Positions 46,738-57,806 are shown, counted from the first letter of the whole stretch. The stretch is DNA of 62,652 nucleotides, filler included, from Stramenopiles sp. TOSAG23-2 (GCA_900128395.1; 30 parts of 30 records of this genome joined end to end with filler, not necessarily neighbours in it); one strand, 5' to 3'. The notes: generated by a model not told the origin, from the letters alone. Numbers and translations are program-made.

Positions 46738-48108
46738 TTAATAATAGGGACTCCATCCCGGATATATAAGTGCCAAATTTTCAGTATCAGTTGCCTCATT
46801 TATCAAAACATTAACATGACCTTCTATTCCCATTAAATTACCGTTATGGAATCCATTGAGCTTCTCTTTAATACGATTGATGGCTCTTTCTGCTTCTTTA
46901 TTTTTATTCATGGAAGATTGATCTATGTCTCTACGTCGACTACGCGTGACAGCATTTACATCATTTTCCATTATGTCGGTAAAATTGTTGTTGATTTCAA
47001 CGTTTGTACCTCCATTTCCCTCATTATTCTGTTCTGAATCATCGTCTTCCCTCATTTGATTACGTTGTTGCCACCGTTCCGCAGCATTTTTCCAATTACT
47101 TAATGGATTGTGGACAAACGCGTCAAAAATAAATAACAAAGCATCGTCATTGTTCCTTAAAACTCTCATAGTTTCTTCGCAAGATCGTTGAAAAACTCCT
47201 TCGTAGCCTAAAACTCCCATTCCATCAACAAAATCTCTAGTTAAACGGAATGGAACTTTTTCCGGCGTTGCCAATTGTTTTCCACCTTCAAATAATATAC
47301 CAAAATCTATATGAATCACTTCATATGTTTCTTTATCAATTAAAATATTCGATACGTGTCGATCACCTAATCCAATAATGTATCCAACTATGCTATTCAC
47401 TGCAACGCTTCTTGTAAACGCCAATCTATTTTTATACCAACGTTGGCTTTCCGGGCATCGGACAACCATCTCGTCATACATACAAGGCTTAAACTTCTGA
47501 CAAATCTCCTTGAATAACTTAATTCTATGTGCCGGCTTTTTCTTTGAAGACAATGCGTCCCTCAACATGATGCTGACTTTACTAGCTGACAAGTCATTTG
47601 GTCTTAAACGNNNNNNNNNNNNNNNNNNNNNNNNNNNNNNNNNNNNNNNNNNNNAACGTGCATGGGCAGTTAAAAGGAACTCTCCAATTGGTTTCGTCTT
47701 TTTACCAGCCAGTTCTATTACCCCTACATTACTAGACAATGGCGCAATGTTATATGTTCGCATATTTAATCTCCTGTCACGACATTTATGATCTTTGCGC
47801 AATAAAGAATTTACCACGGAAAATACTTGCTCTACCACCTCGTCTCCACGCATATCATCCCCAGCCTTCACAATTTGAGTATATGCTTTGCCATTTCCAT
47901 CAAAACATGTAATTAATTTAGGGCGACTAAGACCATTTAAAACAGTGAAATTGTTATCGATTTGACATAATTTCGGCAAATCTTTATCAGCTACAGCAGC
48001 AGTTCCTTTCCCACCAGTCCAAATAGCTACTAATCCTTGTTTCAAGTCTGCCGCGTTAATACAAGAATTCCAACTTTCCACTACTCCCCCAAAGTCTTTG
48101 TATACTGA
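46738..48108 (-). CDS. ATM: ATM/Tel1-like PIKK kinase, kinase + FATC domains (5' truncated; internal N gap 47611-47654)
   Basis: QIVKAGDDMRGD..QVF, TRSVAVNSIVGYIIGLGDRHVSNILID, HIDFG, PEKVPFRLTRD and FATC IEGHVNVLINEATDTENLALIYPGWSPYY. Confidence 0.88.
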   Translation of the reverse strand, partial: SVYKDFGGVVESWNSCINAADLKQGLVAIWTGGKGTAAVADKDLPKLCQIDNNFTVLNGLSRPKLITCFDGNGKAYTQIVKAGDDMRGDEVVEQVFSVVNSLLRKDHKCRDRRLNMRTYNIAPLSSNVGVIELAGKKTKPIGEFLLTAHARXXXXXXXXXXXXXXXRLRPNDLSASKVSIMLRDALSSKKKPAHRIKLFKEICQKFKPCMYDEMVVRCPESQRWYKNRLAFTRSVAVNSIVGYIIGLGDRHVSNILIDKETYEVIHIDFGILFEGGKQLATPEKVPFRLTRDFVDGMGVLGYEGVFQRSCEETMRVLRNNDDALLFIFDAFVHNPLSNWKNAAERWQQRNQMREDDDSEQNNEGNGGTNVEINNNFTDIMENDVNAVTRSRRRDIDQSSMNKNKEAERAINRIKEKLNGFHNGNLMGIEGHVNVLINEATDTENLALIYPGWSPYY

Positions 48109-48208
48109 NNNNNNNNNNNNNNNNNNNNNNNNNNNNNNNNNNNNNNNNNNNNTTAATTAATTAANNNNNNNNNNNNNNNNNNNNNNNNNNNNNNNNNNNN
48201 NNNNNNNN

Positions 48209-49411
48209 GGTGGTAGTAATAAAAGAAAATATGGTGTTGATAATAATAGTAATATTGAATTTTACCCATCTATTGTTGTAGATAATAATAAAGACGCTTT
48301 AGCAACAGCACAGGAAAATTTAGACAAAATGACCATGGTGGAAAACTTCAAAATTGAAAAAACAGAGAAAGAAAATGATGAAGTTATTAAATTAATAAAG
48401 AAATGTATTGCATCAAAGTATGGAGGTGGACTTATAGTAGATGGCTCCCCATGCCAAGCATTGAGTGCTGCAAATGCAAAACGTAAAAGAAATGATGATA
48501 GAAATTCATTATACATAGCTGGTGGAAAAATTGGTTTGATTGGTGATATATATATTAAAGAAAACTCACCGGAAGTTTTAGCACCTGATGAAAATGGTAA
48601 TTTTTTTGCACAAGAACTGGGGCAATTGTTTGAACAAGCAGGTTATCAAATTGGTATTTTTATTTTGTCTGGACCATTCTTTGGCATCCCACAAACACGT
48701 AATCGTGCCTTTTTTTTGGCAATAAAAAGTGGAAGAAGTTTTCCCACATCAATTAAAAATACACACACTGTACTTGAAAGAAATGGAAGAAAATGGAAAC
48801 CATCCTTTTTAAAAATGAATAAGGAATTCAGGGCTAATTGCAATGGTTTAAATGAGTGGAATTTACGACATCCTGTTGATGGTACAAAACAACTGCTGGG
48901 ACCTGTCACTGTATATGATAAATTAGCAAAATATTTAGACCAACCATTGCAAATAAAAAATGCACATTTTGTAAAAAATTCTCACAAGGCATCAACAATC
49001 AATGCACATGCAGACAATAATAATAACAATGATAGTCAAAATGTGAAAAGAAAACAAGATAATACATTACAAAAAGAATATTACGCGCCAACTATTTTAG
49101 CATCTGGTCCAAAATCAGCTGGAACAGGTGAGACTGGTGGGTCCATGTGGCATTTTCGTCATAATAGAACACCCACAATACGCGAAGCTGCAACGTTGAT
49201 GGGTTTCGAAGACGACTTTAATTTTTGTGTGTCACGGGATAGCAATACAGTTGGTACTACTGCAGAATTTGATGCATATTGGAGAATGATGGGAAATGCA
49301 GTTATACCACCAATTGCAAAAGCTATTTCTAGTGAAATTTTAACATCATTGCACAACGATCAAAATATTGAGGAGGAATTAAAGGAAAAATTAGTAGAAT
49401 TGAGAAATTAA
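48209..49411 (+). CDS. C5 cytosine DNA methyltransferase (motifs II-X; 5' truncated)
   Basis: VVDNNKDAL (II), GSPCQALSAAN (IV, catalytic PC), ENSP (VI), FGIPQTRNRAF (VIII), RTPTIREAATLMGF (IX) and MGNAVIPPIAKAI (X). Confidence 0.9.
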   Translation, partial: GGSNKRKYGVDNNSNIEFYPSIVVDNNKDALATAQENLDKMTMVENFKIEKTEKENDEVIKLIKKCIASKYGGGLIVDGSPCQALSAANAKRKRNDDRNSLYIAGGKIGLIGDIYIKENSPEVLAPDENGNFFAQELGQLFEQAGYQIGIFILSGPFFGIPQTRNRAFFLAIKSGRSFPTSIKNTHTVLERNGRKWKPSFLKMNKEFRANCNGLNEWNLRHPVDGTKQLLGPVTVYDKLAKYLDQPLQIKNAHFVKNSHKASTINAHADNNNNNDSQNVKRKQDNTLQKEYYAPTILASGPKSAGTGETGGSMWHFRHNRTPTIREAATLMGFEDDFNFCVSRDSNTVGTTAEFDAYWRMMGNAVIPPIAKAISSEILTSLHNDQNIEEELKEKLVELRN

Positions 49412-49593
49412 AAAAGTTTATATTGAGAGATATTTTTTTTATAATAGTGTTAATATATACGAGTATATATTCGTCATACGAATGCTTCATTATATTTTTT
49501 TACGAACCCATATTTTTTACGAACGACGTGTTTAATTTATAATACCATACGAAGTACGTAGTATATCACATCATACAACATGTGTTGTGATTA

Positions 49594-50103
49594 TTATATC
49601 ACTCTTGCAACTGAATCTATAAAATGCAACAATTTACTATGCAATGGACTTTTATTCTTCCACGCTTTTCTTTGATTATCATTAATTGCCATCCCTTTAA
49701 CTATGAACGTAACTAATTCTTCAATTTCTAATAAATTATCACCGTTTTTATCAATGTATGCTAAAAATCGTTCACATTCTGGTAATAACAATTTTTTCTT
49801 CGATATTGTTTCTACCAAATGTTTAAATTCTAACGCATTTAAGAATCCATCAGCATCTAAATCATAATTCGACCATTCATCTTTGAAAAATTCTCTAGCA
49901 CGTTCTTCCGCATCTTCGTTTGTAGCTGGCGCTCTTTTTCTTCTTGCCTTCGCTCTATCCTTTCGCGTAAGCTCTTCATTCCTTAGCCGAAGAGCTTCTT
50001 CTGCTGCTTTTTCTCGCTCTTTTTTTTTATTTTCTTCCTCTTCTTTTCGTTTTTGTTCTTCCTCCGCTTTTTTCAATTCAAACTCTTTTTTCATACGTTT
50101 TTC
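49594..50103 (-). CDS. Coiled-coil + EF-hand pair protein, C-terminal part
   Basis: DLDADGFLNALEF and DKNGDNLLEIEEL loops after an E/K-rich coil. Confidence 0.8.
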   Translation of the reverse strand, partial: EKRMKKEFELKKAEEEQKRKEEEENKKKEREKAAEEALRLRNEELTRKDRAKARRKRAPATNEDAEERAREFFKDEWSNYDLDADGFLNALEFKHLVETISKKKLLLPECERFLAYIDKNGDNLLEIEELVTFIVKGMAINDNQRKAWKNKSPLHSKLLHFIDSVARVI

Positions 50104-50187
50104 ATCAACGCTGATAGAAGGAAAAAATTTAATCTTACTATTATTGTCATAATCAACACCATATTTTCTTTTATTACTACCACCACT
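50104..50187 (-). repeat. Diverged second copy of the methyltransferase segment at the opposite contig end
   Basis: The reverse strand reads SGGSNKRKYGVDYDNNSKIKFFPSISVD versus GGSNKRKYGVDNNSNIEFYPSIVVD at 48209 onward; 33 bp are identical (48209-48241 vs 50184-50152). Confidence 0.8.
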
Positions 50188-50287
50188 NNNNNNNNNNNNN
50201 NNNNNNNNNNNNNNNNNNNNNNNNNNNNNNNTTAATTAATTAANNNNNNNNNNNNNNNNNNNNNNNNNNNNNNNNNNNNNNNNNNNN

Positions 50288-50384
50288 CGCGTTGACGGCG
50301 TGTTGATAAGTTAGTATCAATATTCGTTTCACTAATATTCTTGCTATTACTATTATTGTCCATATTATCAGTAACACTTGCCAT
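50288..50384 (-). CDS. N-terminus of a hypothetical protein (truncated)
   Basis: AAAAAATG context; MASVTDNMDNNSNSKNISETNIDTNLSTRRQR stays open to the contig end. Confidence 0.4.
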
Positions 50385-50968
50385 TTTTTAAGAAGATGTG
50401 ATGGTGAATTCTTTTTTTATATTTTAATTTTATTGCTATTATTTAAACTAGTTCTCTTGATTTATGTCTTTTAAAATTGAAGCAATTAAAAAATCTGTTA
50501 ACTTTATAATTATTTGCTTGTCTATATTTGTTGTATAATTTTGTGTTTTGTATTTTTGTTTGATTTACAATATATGATAGACGACTAATTTCACTAGTAC
50601 AGTAATAATAGTAACAACATAGAAGATATGGGTTGAAAAATACGCATAGATATAGATACTGTTGTGGCATACTGGCATAATAAATCACAGGCATAGCGAA
50701 AGTTTATATTTATAACGTTAATATTTTACTGGTTAATAATTATACTAGTAGACTACTGCAAAAATTCCTATCATCAAAATTCTCTGCTTCCCTCTCCCAC
50801 ACTCTCCCACTTACTTTAATAACTTGTAATACACACACGTTTTTGCTTGATATAGGTTGAATGTTGATGCAAAATGCACCGCCGTTATTGATAATTCTTA
50901 CATAGATGTTTTGATTTTATTTTTATATTTTCTATTTTCTCTGTATAGTCTATACGTGTTGTTTCTAT

Positions 50969-51613
50969 TTATACTGCATCACTATTTTCACTATTATCAA
51001 TTACACTATCTTCATCTGTTTTCTCTGTTTTTACTTTACGGGAATCATGATATGATGGGACGCGTAGACATGCATGAGCTAATGAAAATACAGAGCCAAA
51101 CGTCAAAACCATATAAAAAATTTCTCCTAATAAAACGAACCCAACTATAGCACTAACACATATTAACAATATATATAAATGTTTTTGTGTAATTTTCGTC
51201 CCATTAATGCTAGGGGCTCTTAATGTTGGGAAAATATTTACGACAAAATACCACATACCACCTAACGCAAATGCCATAAATAAATTATACACGTCCGAAA
51301 CTATTCCATAGACCGTAAGTATGCTATATACCATGACATAGTTGGTTACGAAATATGAAATGTTTCTAATAACTCTAGGTCTCAATTGTTCCCCGGTCGG
51401 TATATTAAATGCTGGAATCTGTACGCCGCCATCTTCTTTTTGTGGTGCAGTAGCAAAATCTTCCCATGAACGCAATGTGCCTCTCCAATCATGTTGCTGT
51501 ATCGTGGAATAATATTTTGTTGCAAACTCTGGTACGTTTAGATTGTTTAAACGTGAACGTAACGTGTCTGACATTGATGCTGTTATATTTCTGTTGGAAT
51601 TCAACGAGGCCAT
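50969..51613 (-). CDS. PRA1 (prenylated Rab acceptor) family protein
   Basis: LRSWEDF..F.IP..RVIRNISYFVTNY, two hydrophobic hairpins and HACLR. Confidence 0.88.
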   Translation of the reverse strand: MASLNSNRNITASMSDTLRSRLNNLNVPEFATKYYSTIQQHDWRGTLRSWEDFATAPQKEDGGVQIPAFNIPTGEQLRPRVIRNISYFVTNYVMVYSILTVYGIVSDVYNLFMAFALGGMWYFVVNIFPTLRAPSINGTKITQKHLYILLICVSAIVGFVLLGEIFYMVLTFGSVFSLAHACLRVPSYHDSRKVKTEKTDEDSVIDNSENSDAV

Positions 51614-52366
51614 CAGTGTGTATTTATAATCATATATGTATATATATCATTTATTTAATATTTCAATTATTGTGAGGATTATTATTATAATAGATATACA
51701 AAGTCTACATATATGTGGAATAATATGTGATAAGTTCGTCGATATAAAATATAAAAATAATAAATTTACTATTATTATTATATATAATAATACATGGACG
51801 AGGAGCTACTCATAATATCTTACCTGCTCATACTTTTTTAAAAATATACTAAGTATATATATTTGTATACTAAGATTACAATTTGATTTGATATAATTAT
51901 TAGTATACAAATTTATATACTTAATATATTTTTAAAAAAGCATGAACGATTTTAGATTTGCATTTCAGATAATACTCCTTGGAAAAACGCATCAAAATTC
52001 AATATCATTGCCCGGATTGCCAGATTGCCAGATTGCCAGATTGCAATTAGTGCTACCTGGTATTATCTAATACCTGCCTGGATATAGTGAGACGTTGGTT
52101 AGCAAAGTTTTGAGTGAATATGGTCGTCTAATAATAAAAATAATATATATATATATATATATATCTTGAAATACTGTAGAAACCACACAAGAAAACATAC
52201 ATTTATACATGTACCCATTCATATTTAAAGAGACGGATATCATATGTATTCAAATATGTTTCAAATNNNNNNNNNNNNNNNNNNNNNNNNNNNNNNNNNN
52301 NNNNNNNNNNTTAATTAATTAANNNNNNNNNNNNNNNNNNNNNNNNNNNNNNNNNNNNNNNNNNNN

Positions 52367-53771
52367 TACCACGCTCTGCATTACTTTCTGTCAATGCTTG
52401 TTGCAATCGATCGTTACGCGCGTTTTCTTTTTCAATGGTTTGCTTAGCGTCGAATAATGCAGTGTCTAACTCTCTGTTTTTATGAGTCAAGGACTCTAAA
52501 TCTGCTATACGTTGTAAATGTGCTTGCTCCGCTTGGTTCGCATTCATTTCTGCAAGTTGTTGGGCGTTTAACGCATCATCTCTAGCATTTATTGCTTCTT
52601 CGTTTGCTTGCTTTAACCCATCCATTTCCTCTTGCATGCTTGTTATTGTTGCGTTTAAATTTTTAATCTCTGCCTCAAATTCACCACATTGCTCTTGAGT
52701 AGCGTTTAACGCATCATCTCTAGCATTTATTGCTTCTTCGTTTGCTTGCTTTAACCCATCCATTTCCTCTTGCATGCTTGTTATTGTTGCGTTTAAATTT
52801 TTAATCTCTGCCTCAAATTCACCACATTGTTCTTGAGTACGTTTTAAATCTTCCCTAACTTTTTTCAATTCATTATTACGATCCGCTAAATTTTCATTCA
52901 TACGCACACTTTCATCACGTAATGTATTCTTTGTATCTGTTAAACTTTGCTCTGTAACTTTCAGTGTAGATTCGACCTGAGCTAAATCCTCTTCTGCTTT
53001 ACGGGCATTTTTATTTGCTGCAACTTGTTCTTCTATGGAACGTTGCAGTTCCGCCGCTTGCTTCGCCTTTTGTGTCTCTGCAAGTGCTTGTTGTTCTGAT
53101 ATATAATTTTTCAGTTGTTCGTATGCTTTGTCGCGTTTTGTCAATTTTGCTTGCAATTGCAATAAATTTTCTGCAGTTTCCTCTGCTTCAGCACGATATT
53201 TCTCTTCCATATCCCTAAATGAACGATTGAGTTGCGACATTTGATCATCAACACTCAAGCTCATGGATGGCACATCTTCACCTGCATTAGCTCGTAAAAA
53301 TTGAGTTTCCATCTCCAAAAAATATATTTGTTGCTGTAAATTGTGAACATAATCTTTCCCCACCTTACCCATAGGTTTAGCACCACTCGGACGGCTAGAG
53401 CCCCCTGGTGCTGCATGAATCTGACCGCTTGGTCTTGGTGGTAGAACTGAACGTGGAGTTGGTGTCGGTAAAGCTGGTGCACCACGTCTACCTGCTACTG
53501 CACCTCCTCGTCCTCTACCTCTACGTGCTTGTTCATGTGCTCTCCGCTTTTGAGTGCGTTTATTTCTTGCTTGTGAATTTGGTGAAGTTACTGGAATTCT
53601 CATCTCCACCCTTCCTCTATTAACAGGCGGTTGATTATGACGTGTAACTCTTGCATTTGTACCGGATCTTGCTTGTGAATTTGGTGAAGTTACTGGAATT
53701 CTCATCTCCACCCTTCCTCTATTAACAGGCGGTTGATTATGACGTGTAACTCTTGCATTTGTACCGGACAT
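52367..53771 (-). CDS. Long coiled-coil protein (3' truncated) with two in-frame exact duplications
   Basis: Basic disordered N-terminus, YVHNLQQQIYFLEME and a heptad-rich region; duplications of 102 bp (~53565/53667) and 138 bp (~52564/52702). Confidence 0.75.
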
Positions 53772-54446
53772 GTTTTTTCTTTAAATAATATACTCTTTCT
53801 TTGTCTGTCCCCTTTCACTTGCAGGTTGTATGTATATGTATTTCCATATGAACATATGTAATATTTGTAAATAATTAAATATTTTCTATTTTTTGTTTTT
53901 ATATATTATAGTTAGAATATAGTATAATAGTATCTATCATATTTTTATTATTATTTTTTTTTTCTCAAATTTCAAAAAATACAACAACAACATTTTTTTT
54001 TAACTGCCAATTGCAATTATTTTTAGGAAAAATTACCAGATTTTATTTACCGGTTTTAGACGACTACCTGCTATAGACTAGCTAGCTCTAGCTACTGTAC
54101 ACACCACTGACGCCGACCACATTATTATTACACATCACACCTTCGACATCTACTTCCAAATTATATAAAATATATAATAATTTATTATATTATACAGAAT
54201 TCACTAACAATTTGTTTCAAATGTACATTATATATAATATGTAATATAAAAGAGTGGAAGAAAATCTCTTATAAAATAGATTTGTTCACTTAATTAGAGG
54301 AGCACGTTTATGTGCACACGTATACAGACATAAAATATAGAAGGANNNNNNNNNNNNNNNNNNNNNNNNNNNNNNNNNNNNNNNNNNNNTTAATTAATTA
54401 ANNNNNNNNNNNNNNNNNNNNNNNNNNNNNNNNNNNNNNNNNNNNA

Positions 54447-55601
54447 CATAACTTAAATAAAAGAGTATTAAGCTTACAGATTCCTATTGTCATACAAGAT
54501 GGAGAAATTTATTTGCTGCACGCAAACCATGCTTTATCTGCAAAGAGTGGCAATGAAACAAAGAGAGATAAAGCCTATATACACAAATGGCTTATGACCA
54601 TGATTGATACTTTACATTCAGTATCTCTTGCAATAAGACTGCCAAATGCATATTTTATATTGGATGCTTCCGACTATCCAATGGGTGTGTTACGTACAAC
54701 AACCCCGAATATTTTAAGATTTTCCGCTTCTGGTGACATTAAACAATGGAATATACCAGTTCCGAGTGGACAATTTAATAGGAATTATCAAAAGTTTTTT
54801 GAAACATGGTCGCGTCATAATGTATATAAAAATATGTACCATTTTCAACAACCTATAATTCCATTCGAGAAACGCAAGACTAGAGGTGTGTGGCGTGGTT
54901 CATACGCGTGCCATGATTCTCAAGACTGTTCATCATGTTCAAGAGTTGCGGCTGTGAGGGCTTCGTTAAACAACCCAACAATTCTAAGTGCCAGATTTAT
55001 TGATGATTTTACAAATCTGGAGACGCGTCAAGATGGGTGCAGAAAACAACATTTTAAAGATTATAAGATAAATCTAATGAATAATTCTGGACCAATGAAT
55101 GCTTTAACTATGGATCAATTTTCAACATATAAATTTGTAGTTGCATTAAAAGGAACTAGTTATAATCATATATGTAAATATTTGTATTTACTAAATTCCA
55201 TCGTTTTAAAGGAACATAATCATCGATATCATGAATATTTTGATTCAAGCACACAAGACTGGGTGCACCATATTCCATTTCACTGCCATGAGTTTGATCA
55301 ATGTGATTTAATAAAACTTATACGTTCAGCGCAACAAGCAGAAAAGAACAAGACATTTCCTATAACCTGGCACTCTATTGCAAATGAGGGGTTTAAATGG
55401 GCACGCATACATTTGCACCCGATTGGACATGCTTGCTATTGGTATAGTTTGCTATTAAGAACACAAGCATTATTAACTAACGATGGTTTTAATGAAACAA
55501 TAGAAAAACGGACATTTTCTACGACGTTTTTAAAAATTAATGGTATAAAAGTTGTCAATTTTGAGACACTGCTTGAATATTTCGAACCAATTAATCTCTG
55601 A
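54447..55601 (+). CDS. Glycosyltransferase family 90 (CAP10/POGLUT-like), 5' truncated
   Basis: PFEKRKTRGVWRGS, YKFVVALKGTSY, NSIVLK..YHEYF..WVHHIP, IANEG..WA and CYWYSLL. Confidence 0.85.
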   Translation, partial: HNLNKRVLSLQIPIVIQDGEIYLLHANHALSAKSGNETKRDKAYIHKWLMTMIDTLHSVSLAIRLPNAYFILDASDYPMGVLRTTTPNILRFSASGDIKQWNIPVPSGQFNRNYQKFFETWSRHNVYKNMYHFQQPIIPFEKRKTRGVWRGSYACHDSQDCSSCSRVAAVRASLNNPTILSARFIDDFTNLETRQDGCRKQHFKDYKINLMNNSGPMNALTMDQFSTYKFVVALKGTSYNHICKYLYLLNSIVLKEHNHRYHEYFDSSTQDWVHHIPFHCHEFDQCDLIKLIRSAQQAEKNKTFPITWHSIANEGFKWARIHLHPIGHACYWYSLLLRTQALLTNDGFNETIEKRTFSTTFLKINGIKVVNFETLLEYFEPINL

Positions 55602-56879
55602 AGATGGTTCATTGAGTTTGCTATTAAGAACACAATCATTGTTGACTAACGATGGTTTTAATGAAACAATAGAAAAAGGACATTTTTTCCGACATTTTTC
55701 GTATAGTATTTTTATCGCTGCTTGCTATAATATCGGAAAACATTTTAGTCGTGTATTTTAATTTCGGCAAAGAAAAGAGACAGTTTTGATAGGGGATACT
55801 CCCCATAAACAGTAGTTGCAATACTCTATCTACACGTTTTCCCCTATCAAAAACACCGTTTAAGGATTCTACCAACTCATGTTCGTCTAGCATGGTAATA
55901 GCACCTGATGCACACAGCACTGGTTTCCTCCGAAAAAAAAGTAGCATAGGTGTTTAGTTCAGAAAGTTGTTCATAAGCGCACCACATTTTTTATCTCGTT
56001 TCCCACAGCCCAGTCCAGGCCTTAGGGCAGGCCCAGCAGGCAGTATTCATTCAACTACTTCTTTTCCAAGAATTTTCCTGGGGCTATGCTATTCCCTGCT
56101 CAGCCTGCTATATATAGACTATATATATATCCCTTGATAGTTTGTCTGTTAATATTTCTACGTATAGGATATTTATTGTATTTAACACTACAATCAAGTA
56201 CAGCAACATCGATCTAAACTATTTATTAACTTCATATATACAAGTTAAAGACGACGACTAAATGAATAATGAACAGATTAAAAATAGTCGCAACAAGATA
56301 AAAGTAAAACAAACAAAGAACAATAGTATATTTAATAAAAGTATTTACATATACTTTGATTTAAATTTTAGTTGATTATTTGTGTAAAGTGTACTAACGT
56401 TTTTTTGGTATATATTTATATCANNNNNNNNNNNNNNNNNNNNNNNNNNNNNNNNNNNNNNNNNNNNTTAATTAATTAANNNNNNNNNNNNNNNNNNNNN
56501 NNNNNNNNNNNNNNNNNNNNNNNAAAAAGAAAAGAATATGAAACGTACCAAATGGGATAATGGCGTTGCTTTTTTTCAGTTTCAATAAAATAATTTATAT
56601 TTTTATATATATATTATATATATTTAGTTTTTAAAGTTGATACCTCGTACGTGTAATACGTCCTCGTATTTTTTTTAAACTTTTAACGATGCCATATCAT
56701 TAAATAAATTTATATATCGTATCATAGTTATGATATAATATTTGATAAATATCATACTTTTTGTATGTCCATATTAACATTAGTATTCATAAATTGTTTT
56801 TGACATTTTCAATGACAAATGTTTCAACAAATAAGCTTTAAGCGACTATCCGATCAAAAGCAACCTGTCCAAAAAAAAA

Positions 56880-57806
56880 CTACATGTTACGGTTGGTTGT
56901 TGTATTCTCATCATTAATGTTAAGTACAATCAAATCGTTTAACGTTTCACCAGCTCTTAATTCTTTGTTTGGGGTATGCTTCAGATCATACGTATCCCCT
57001 AAAATTCGAGTACAACCAATCCTTTGAAGCTTGATACATGCTACCTTTGCATGTCTCACTTTATGTCTGCATTCGTTTGCACCTATCAAGTCAATGAATG
57101 TAGTGTACGCTAGATCGAGTGGAGTACCTGCGAAACCAGGACAAACTGCATTTTTTTTGGGAGAGTTACGAATATAATTCAAAAAGATTTTAAATATAAG
57201 GAATTGGTTATTCGTTTTGCAATTATGGACTATTGCATGCAAAATACTGATTTCTATGAACCCGTTGCCAGGCAACTGATACGATACCAAGTTAAGCTTA
57301 CATAGAACGGTCGTATTCATTAAATATTTACTATTGTTTTGCATTTCCAATGATATTAGATATTGCACTATATGGTTCTTCCCGTTTAATATAGCTCCCA
57401 TCAAAGCAGATGGTAATAAGTTGCCTTGTTTATCAAGCCCTTCTTTGTGTACCACACAATTAAGAAACTGGTCATACGTTAACGTTAAATTGTACAAAGA
57501 TTTTAATGCCTTCAGACACCCTTCACTACAAACAACAACAAATGGCGTACTATTTGGAAACGTATAACGTATTCTCATTTTTAACAGTTCGTACGCTATA
57601 ACACGCCTCCGGGTGTATGCGTCCTTTATACTCTGTAAGATGTTTTTGCATTTCCTTGCTTTAAACGACTGATGTACCACGCCCGTTTGTATAAATAAAT
57701 GAAAAGCTTTTACATCTAAGTAATAAAATAATACTTCGTCAAATAAATCTTCCGGTAGTTTTTCGAACAGAGTTTGGGAATAAACTAACTCTGTAGGTAT
57801 ATTCAT
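56880..57806 (-). CDS. Divergent F-box-like + ankyrin-like protein
   Basis: LFEKLPEDLFDEVLFYYL (F-box-like); FPNSTPFVVVCSEG, SALMGAILNGKNHIVQYLI, SILHAIV and TPLDLAY are colinear with 434..1387. Confidence 0.7.
   Translation of the reverse strand: MNIPTELVYSQTLFEKLPEDLFDEVLFYYLDVKAFHLFIQTGVVHQSFKARKCKNILQSIKDAYTRRRVIAYELLKMRIRYTFPNSTPFVVVCSEGCLKALKSLYNLTLTYDQFLNCVVHKEGLDKQGNLLPSALMGAILNGKNHIVQYLISLEMQNNSKYLMNTTVLCKLNLVSYQLPGNGFIEISILHAIVHNCKTNNQFLIFKIFLNYIRNSPKKNAVCPGFAGTPLDLAYTTFIDLIGANECRHKVRHAKVACIKLQRIGCTRILGDTYDLKHTPNKELRAGETLNDLIVLNINDENTTTNRNM

Noticed and set aside
46128-49411. Recombinase + ATM + methyltransferase as one defence or mobile island
   Set aside because: The methyltransferase is on a separate contig across a spacer, and contig order reflects only length sorting.
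55636-55947. 103-aa minus-strand ORF
   Set aside because: It runs into a partial duplicate of the GT90 3' end and has no recognisable motif.
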